From: an uncultured delta proteobacterium
Lineage (GTDB): Bacteria > Desulfobacterota > WTBG01 > CAIYCZ01
Length of the DNA stretch: 64,000 nucleotides
Assembly (NCBI GenBank): GCA_963803975.1
Contig: CAWDOY010000047.1
Coordinates: 96,001-160,000, forward strand
Direction of reading: 5' to 3'
Shown here: in pieces, positions 59,389 through 64,000 of the stretch
How the letters are laid out: the number at the start of each line of letters is the position of its first letter
Position numbering within the stretch: the stretch's first letter is position 1
Program-made: the position numbers and the translations under genes
The notes under the pieces: generated by a model
Database searches by the model: none
What the model saw: only the letters and a program-made list of their open reading frames with translations
Told to the model about the DNA's origin: nothing

Positions 59389-61683
59389 TCACGGGGGAGG
59401 GGTGTTTACTTTGTCTTTGAGCAGGTCATTTAAAACCGCCGGCAGCACCTTTTCAATAAATATATCCATCACATCTTTTTTCAATGCTACCCGGTAATCA
59501 TAAAAACTGCCCCTGATCTCAACCGGGAGCACGGTCCACCCGTCTTCCTGGGGGAGGTATTGTCTGATTTTATCGCTCACCATGCGCCCTGCCAGATTGG
59601 GAGAAATTTTCATAATGGTGTCAACATTCAGAGAACCGTCAAGGCCAATCTGACCATCAGGATACAGACCAAGGTCCTGGTTGGTGAACGACCCATCAAC
59701 ATCAACCGCACCATCATGCAGTTTGTACTGCACCTGCGCCTGGTCAAAGCGGAAGCCGTCGCCTCCGTCCATTCTTATAAACGAGGCAATGGCGCCCATG
59801 CTGGGCAATCCCTTGATCAGAGCATCACGCAGGGTAAAGAGTCCCTCGCCCTTCAGATTCTTCATGAAACGCACCGGCGTCACCCCATTCCCGCTCAAGG
59901 TGCAGGTGCCGGAAATCGTTCCATCTACAAAATTTTGATAGGAGGGCGATAGTGCCTGGGCCAGGTTTTTCAGTGATGCCTGATCCAGTCGCAGGTTAAG
60001 AGCGTAATCAAGTCCTTTGACCCCCAGGTCGACCAGGCCGGTAAGCTTGAACGCTCCCTCACCTATGGAGCCCATGAGTTCCTTGAGATGCAGTTGATTT
60101 CCCTCCAGGGTATAGGTGCCGTTCAGGTTATTGATCGCCATCCCGGCAAAAGAGATGCTGCCCATATCAATAGGCCCCCCGAGGGTAAGTCCCCTGAGAT
60201 CAAAGGGCCCCACTTCCTCTTTTTCAGCCTCTTCCGGTGTGGTTTTATCGCTCAAGAGAAAATCAGCTGCATTAATGTTTGACGAGACGATATTGATATT
60301 GGCCTGCGGGGCCCCGCCCAGATAGTTGCGAATTTCTCCTGCAAGGGTGATGGTTGATTTCTTGATCCCGATTTTCAGATCGCTCAGAGCTATTTTAGTA
60401 GTATCAACCAACCCAATCCCTTCTATGTCCGGCTGATAACCGCCCAGGGGCTTATAGGTAATGCGATTTCCCTTGAACATAATCCTGAATTTGGTGAAAA
60501 CCGAATCCGGCAATTTACCCTCCACATTCATGGTAAGGTCAGCCTTGCCTGAAATGCTTGCCTGATCCAGCATAAACGGAAGATTGCGCGGCAGGTGGCG
60601 GAAAATATTTTCCAGGGGGAAGTCGTCTGCCTTGAGCACAAGCTTTATATACGGGTCCGTGCCAATTCCTTTGATAAAGCCCTCTCCATGATATGCTCCG
60701 GAAAAAACTGTTCCCTCTATCTTCTGAAAGGTCAGCAGTTGTTTGGGAATATCCCACATTGTGGCAAAATTAAGCTTTGCCTCAGCACCCTCTAAATAAA
60801 TCTGCTGCTGTGCCTCCTTATCAATAAATGAAGCGATGCCTACCGACATCCCTTGTAAATGCACATTTCCCGTCAATTTAACGGACTCGAACTTATCTAT
60901 TTCCAGTTTTGAATCAATGGTTGCGATCCCTCCCTGCACCGGAATCTTATAGAGATTCAGATAGTCCCTGAGGATTGAAAGATCGGCGTTCGTCAGGGAA
61001 ATATCTGCCGTAAGGGATCTTTTGGGGACAGATATTTTCCCGTTCAAAGTAAACACGGAGGCATCATTTTGGTTAATGCGCGCAGTAATACTAAAGGGAA
61101 ATGAAAATAACAGGGACACATCGCTGATCAGCATCTGCACATGGTCGAGCGCAACAATAACCGGCTGAGGAAACTCCCGGGCGGTGCTTTTCACGGTAAC
61201 CGTGCCGCTGCGAACCTCGACATGACCGGGAAGCAAGATGACGCTGAACAGGGAAGTGCTCTTGGATGAGGGTGCGACGTTGCGTTTACTCAGCTGTCCC
61301 GAAAGGCTGATATACTGGCCCAGGTCGCGCTGATAAAAACGAACCTGCGGGCTATACAGGACAATCCCCTTGATGAACAGCCTGTTTAACAGCAGCGGCA
61401 GCAAACGTATTTTTACCGTTACATCAGGACACATCAGCACATCATCTTCTTCCCAGGGAAATGATTTGTGCAGCACCACATCCTTCAGCCGGATGCCGTC
61501 AAAGAGGCTGATCTGGACACTGCCAAAGGAAATCTCCCGCTGCAAATACTGGGCAATCTCGGCAACAAAGGTCTGTCGCACTTTCAGCGGCGTGAGGGTT
61601 ATTTGTGCATACAATACCACTATGACCGCCAAAAGCAGTGCCGCGGCTATTAGTATCAGGACTATGGTGCGCAGTGTTTTCAT
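59389..61683 (-). CDS. AsmA-family protein
   Basis: N-terminal TM anchor, beta-taco pattern (VKIRLLPLL, NLKGEG, DGQIGLDGSLN) and 764 aa length. Confidence 0.78.
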   Translation of the reverse strand: MKTLRTIVLILIAAALLLAVIVVLYAQITLTPLKVRQTFVAEIAQYLQREISFGSVQISLFDGIRLKDVVLHKSFPWEEDDVLMCPDVTVKIRLLPLLLNRLFIKGIVLYSPQVRFYQRDLGQYISLSGQLSKRNVAPSSKSTSLFSVILLPGHVEVRSGTVTVKSTAREFPQPVIVALDHVQMLISDVSLLFSFPFSITARINQNDASVFTLNGKISVPKRSLTADISLTNADLSILRDYLNLYKIPVQGGIATIDSKLEIDKFESVKLTGNVHLQGMSVGIASFIDKEAQQQIYLEGAEAKLNFATMWDIPKQLLTFQKIEGTVFSGAYHGEGFIKGIGTDPYIKLVLKADDFPLENIFRHLPRNLPFMLDQASISGKADLTMNVEGKLPDSVFTKFRIMFKGNRITYKPLGGYQPDIEGIGLVDTTKIALSDLKIGIKKSTITLAGEIRNYLGGAPQANINIVSSNINAADFLLSDKTTPEEAEKEEVGPFDLRGLTLGGPIDMGSISFAGMAINNLNGTYTLEGNQLHLKELMGSIGEGAFKLTGLVDLGVKGLDYALNLRLDQASLKNLAQALSPSYQNFVDGTISGTCTLSGNGVTPVRFMKNLKGEGLFTLRDALIKGLPSMGAIASFIRMDGGDGFRFDQAQVQYKLHDGAVDVDGSFTNQDLGLYPDGQIGLDGSLNVDTIMKISPNLAGRMVSDKIRQYLPQEDGWTVLPVEIRGSFYDYRVALKKDVMDIFIEKVLPAVLNDLLKDKVNTPPP

Positions 61684-61878
61684 AATCAGATGAGTCGTTT
61701 TGTCATGTGCCTACTTCTATATAATATTATTCTGACACATTGCAAACTAATCTTTAACCATAAGTAAAGTTGTCCGGGGAATACTGTCTATGGCAGGATT
61801 GCGTGTGACCGGCAAGGGTAACCGGTGCTGCGCAGGTGAAGTGCGGCGGGACAGACGGGCGGATACTCTCAGGCGCGG

Positions 61879-62721
61879 TCAGTAGTGCGAAAGTTTCCGG
61901 ATAACGCTCATATTGTTAAAATCCTCCCTGTCTGTCTTTCGGGGAGTTTCCATAATCCCTGGTAAGGGCTGCAGCACCGGATGGTTGACGATGCGGCGGA
62001 AACCGGGGCGGCCGATGAAACCTTCTCCAATATGCCAGTGCCGGTCAGCATGTGACCCCAGCGGCGCCTTTGAGTCATTGAGATGCAGAAGCTGCAGTTT
62101 TTCAAGACCCAGGTGGTATTGAAATTCATCCAGCATTGTTTCAAGCCCCGGTTTAGTGGAGAGATCATATCCTGCCGCAAAGGCATGGGCGGTATCAAGA
62201 CATATTCCAATACGACTCCCGTCACTCACGCCGCGCACAATATGGCGCAGCTGACGTATGGTATAGCCAATTTCAGTCCCCTGCCCTGCGGTATTTTCCA
62301 GGAGCACCGTAATGCTATTGGGGGCCATGGCAAAAGCCCTATTAAGAGCACTGCTTACGCGTTCACCTGCTTCATCTTCAGACCGGATACCCCGGTGACC
62401 TACGTGGGCGATAACAGCGGAAGCCTGCAATGCCTCTGCTCTCCTGAGTTCTTCACTCAGGGCATTGACAGAGCTCGTAAACAGTTTTTCATCTGATGAA
62501 GCAAGGTTTGGAAGATAGGGCAAATGGATAAATACCGGCGCAATGCCGGTCACAGCGAGGGATTCTCTGAAAGCTCGGACCTGAGCGGCATCAAGCTCTT
62601 TATAAGCCCAGCCGCGGGGGTTGCGGGAAAAAAACTGGATAGTCTGGCACTGTTTTGTCAGTGCCCGGTCTATGATTTTTGCAAATCCGCCGCTGATTGA
62701 AATATGAAATCCAAACCGCAT
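61879..62721 (-). CDS. nfo: Endonuclease IV
   Basis: GFHISISGG, QFFSRNPRGW, HLPYLPNLAS, LLENTAGQG, CLDTAH, HLNDSK, DRHWHIG and METP. Confidence 0.93.
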   Translation of the reverse strand: MRFGFHISISGGFAKIIDRALTKQCQTIQFFSRNPRGWAYKELDAAQVRAFRESLAVTGIAPVFIHLPYLPNLASSDEKLFTSSVNALSEELRRAEALQASAVIAHVGHRGIRSEDEAGERVSSALNRAFAMAPNSITVLLENTAGQGTEIGYTIRQLRHIVRGVSDGSRIGICLDTAHAFAAGYDLSTKPGLETMLDEFQYHLGLEKLQLLHLNDSKAPLGSHADRHWHIGEGFIGRPGFRRIVNHPVLQPLPGIMETPRKTDREDFNNMSVIRKLSHY

Positions 62722-62818
62722 AGAGGAATCAGAAAGAGAAAAGTTATTCGCAGCATGAAGAAGCCAAGCCGCAGAAGGCGTGCAGGCAAGGGCAGGAGCG
62801 CTGGAAGCCGGGCGCTGT

Positions 62819-64000
62819 TCAGGCAAGTATGTTAATGAGTGCCGCGACAACCGTCGGGTCGTAGATTCCTGATTCAGTTTCCCTGACTATCTCATCCAGC
62901 GCAACAGACCGCTCCCAGGGATCCCGGTAGGGCCTCCATGATATGAGCGCATCATATGCATCAGCTACAGCAATAATTCTTGAGCCCAGGGGAATTGCAT
63001 CCCCTCTGAGTCCATCAGGATAGCCGGTACCGTTGAAATTTTCATGGCTGTGACGGACAATCTTGAGCATATACTCATTTTCATAGCCCATTTTCCGCTG
63101 GGAGTTGGCCCCCTCAACCGGATGCTCCTTAACAAGTTCCATCTCGCGGGGCGTTAGAGTTCCATTCCGGTTTAAAAGGTGATGGGGAACAATCTCTTTG
63201 CCAATGTCTGCTATGTAACCGGAGTGCATGATATCAGTTTTTTCCTTGTCAGACAACCCTAAATAGCCGGCTATGGCATAAGAGAACAGGGCAACCATTT
63301 TGCCATGGCCAATGCTGCCGTCGAGAGCTTCAACCGGCAGCAGGACATCCTCAGGTATCTGGATAAGGTCCGCAACCGGGCGGTACTGTTCTGCAAAACG
63401 CTGGGAAACCTTACTGCGGTCCTCAAGGGGATCCTTAATGCCCGTAACCTCGTAGGCCTCTATCCGCTGCCGTCTCCCCTTGATATTGATTGAATCCTGC
63501 TCACGGATTTTTATGCTCGCTTCAGCATACGAGAGTTTGGCGTTTGCATTACTCGGATCAAGCTGCATAGCACGTTCAAAATATTGCAGGGCTTCAACCG
63601 GCTCATTAATTTCCAGATGAATTTTGCCAATACGATAATAGTGCTCGGGGTTATCCGGCTCTGCTGCAGCCTTTGCATGCAACTCCTCAAGGTGCAGCTC
63701 TTTCTCTATATTGACAACATCCCGGGTAGACACATCACGCTTTTTACGGGCATTAATAAACCTGCTTACTGTTTCGTAGGTGTAGCGATCCATTAAAACC
63801 TGCCCCGGTGCGCAGGCTTTCTGCAACCGGGCGCTTATGTTGACCACATCGCCAATTGCGGTATATGACTGACGCTTGTTTCCAACCAGGCCTATAATAG
63901 TCGTTCCCGAGGCTAAGCCGATGCGCATCTGCCAGGGATACTCCATCCTGGCCATTTTCTCCTGCATTTTAATCGCAGCCAGCACCGCCATCAGACGATA
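62819..64000 (-). CDS. Class III nucleotidyl cyclase-TPR-HD-GYP fusion (5' end beyond window)
   Basis: RIGLASG...YTAIGDVVNISARLQ; TPR (YYRIGKIHLEINEPVEALQYFERAMQLDP); ADIGK, HPVEG, SHENFNGTGYP, VADAYDAL and RPYR. Confidence 0.88.
   Translation of the reverse strand, partial: YRLMAVLAAIKMQEKMARMEYPWQMRIGLASGTTIIGLVGNKRQSYTAIGDVVNISARLQKACAPGQVLMDRYTYETVSRFINARKKRDVSTRDVVNIEKELHLEELHAKAAAEPDNPEHYYRIGKIHLEINEPVEALQYFERAMQLDPSNANAKLSYAEASIKIREQDSINIKGRRQRIEAYEVTGIKDPLEDRSKVSQRFAEQYRPVADLIQIPEDVLLPVEALDGSIGHGKMVALFSYAIAGYLGLSDKEKTDIMHSGYIADIGKEIVPHHLLNRNGTLTPREMELVKEHPVEGANSQRKMGYENEYMLKIVRHSHENFNGTGYPDGLRGDAIPLGSRIIAVADAYDALISWRPYRDPWERSVALDEIVRETESGIYDPTVVAALINILA

Overview
This is a bacterial chromosomal window, most consistent with an anaerobic Desulfobacterota/deltaproteobacterium-like organism (inferred from etfBA, acs, NrfCD plus a tetraheme cytochrome, iorAB/paaK/ACT/liv and several sigma54 promoters). 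Many conserved genes carry 1-nt frameshifts, several in homopolymers, which points to an incompletely polished long-read assembly rather than pseudogenes. Left to right it holds: etfA/etfB; a candidate sigma54-driven two-domain ncRNA; an NtrC-type response regulator and sensor kinase; acs; a MoxR/RavA AAA+ and VWA pair; an ACT-malic enzyme; cytochrome c-NrfC-NrfD; and tRNA-Pro(GGG). An AT-rich accessory region follows (about 16.5-24 kb). It contains a head-to-tail array of exported proteins with variable N-termini and one shared ~100-aa C-terminal domain (4 genes plus 2 orphan C-terminal fragments), and a duplicated promoter module flanking a flavodoxin gene. Next comes an iorAB-paaK-ACT-liv cluster with three paaK paralogs, one with degenerate catalytic motifs, interrupted by a sulfotransferase/phosphodiesterase cassette. 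The remainder is a porin, an FG-GAP protein, a PNPOx-like gene, ParA, ileS-lspA-lgt, aroF with a Phe/Tyr leader-peptide attenuator, an M48 protease, DUF1003, an unannotated 30-aa Lys/Ala-rich protein, dgt, AsmA, nfo and a cyclase-TPR-degenerate HD-GYP fusion. The best candidates for undescribed biology are the constant-C-terminus gene array beside tRNA-Pro and the two-component system with its sigma54 tandem sRNA.
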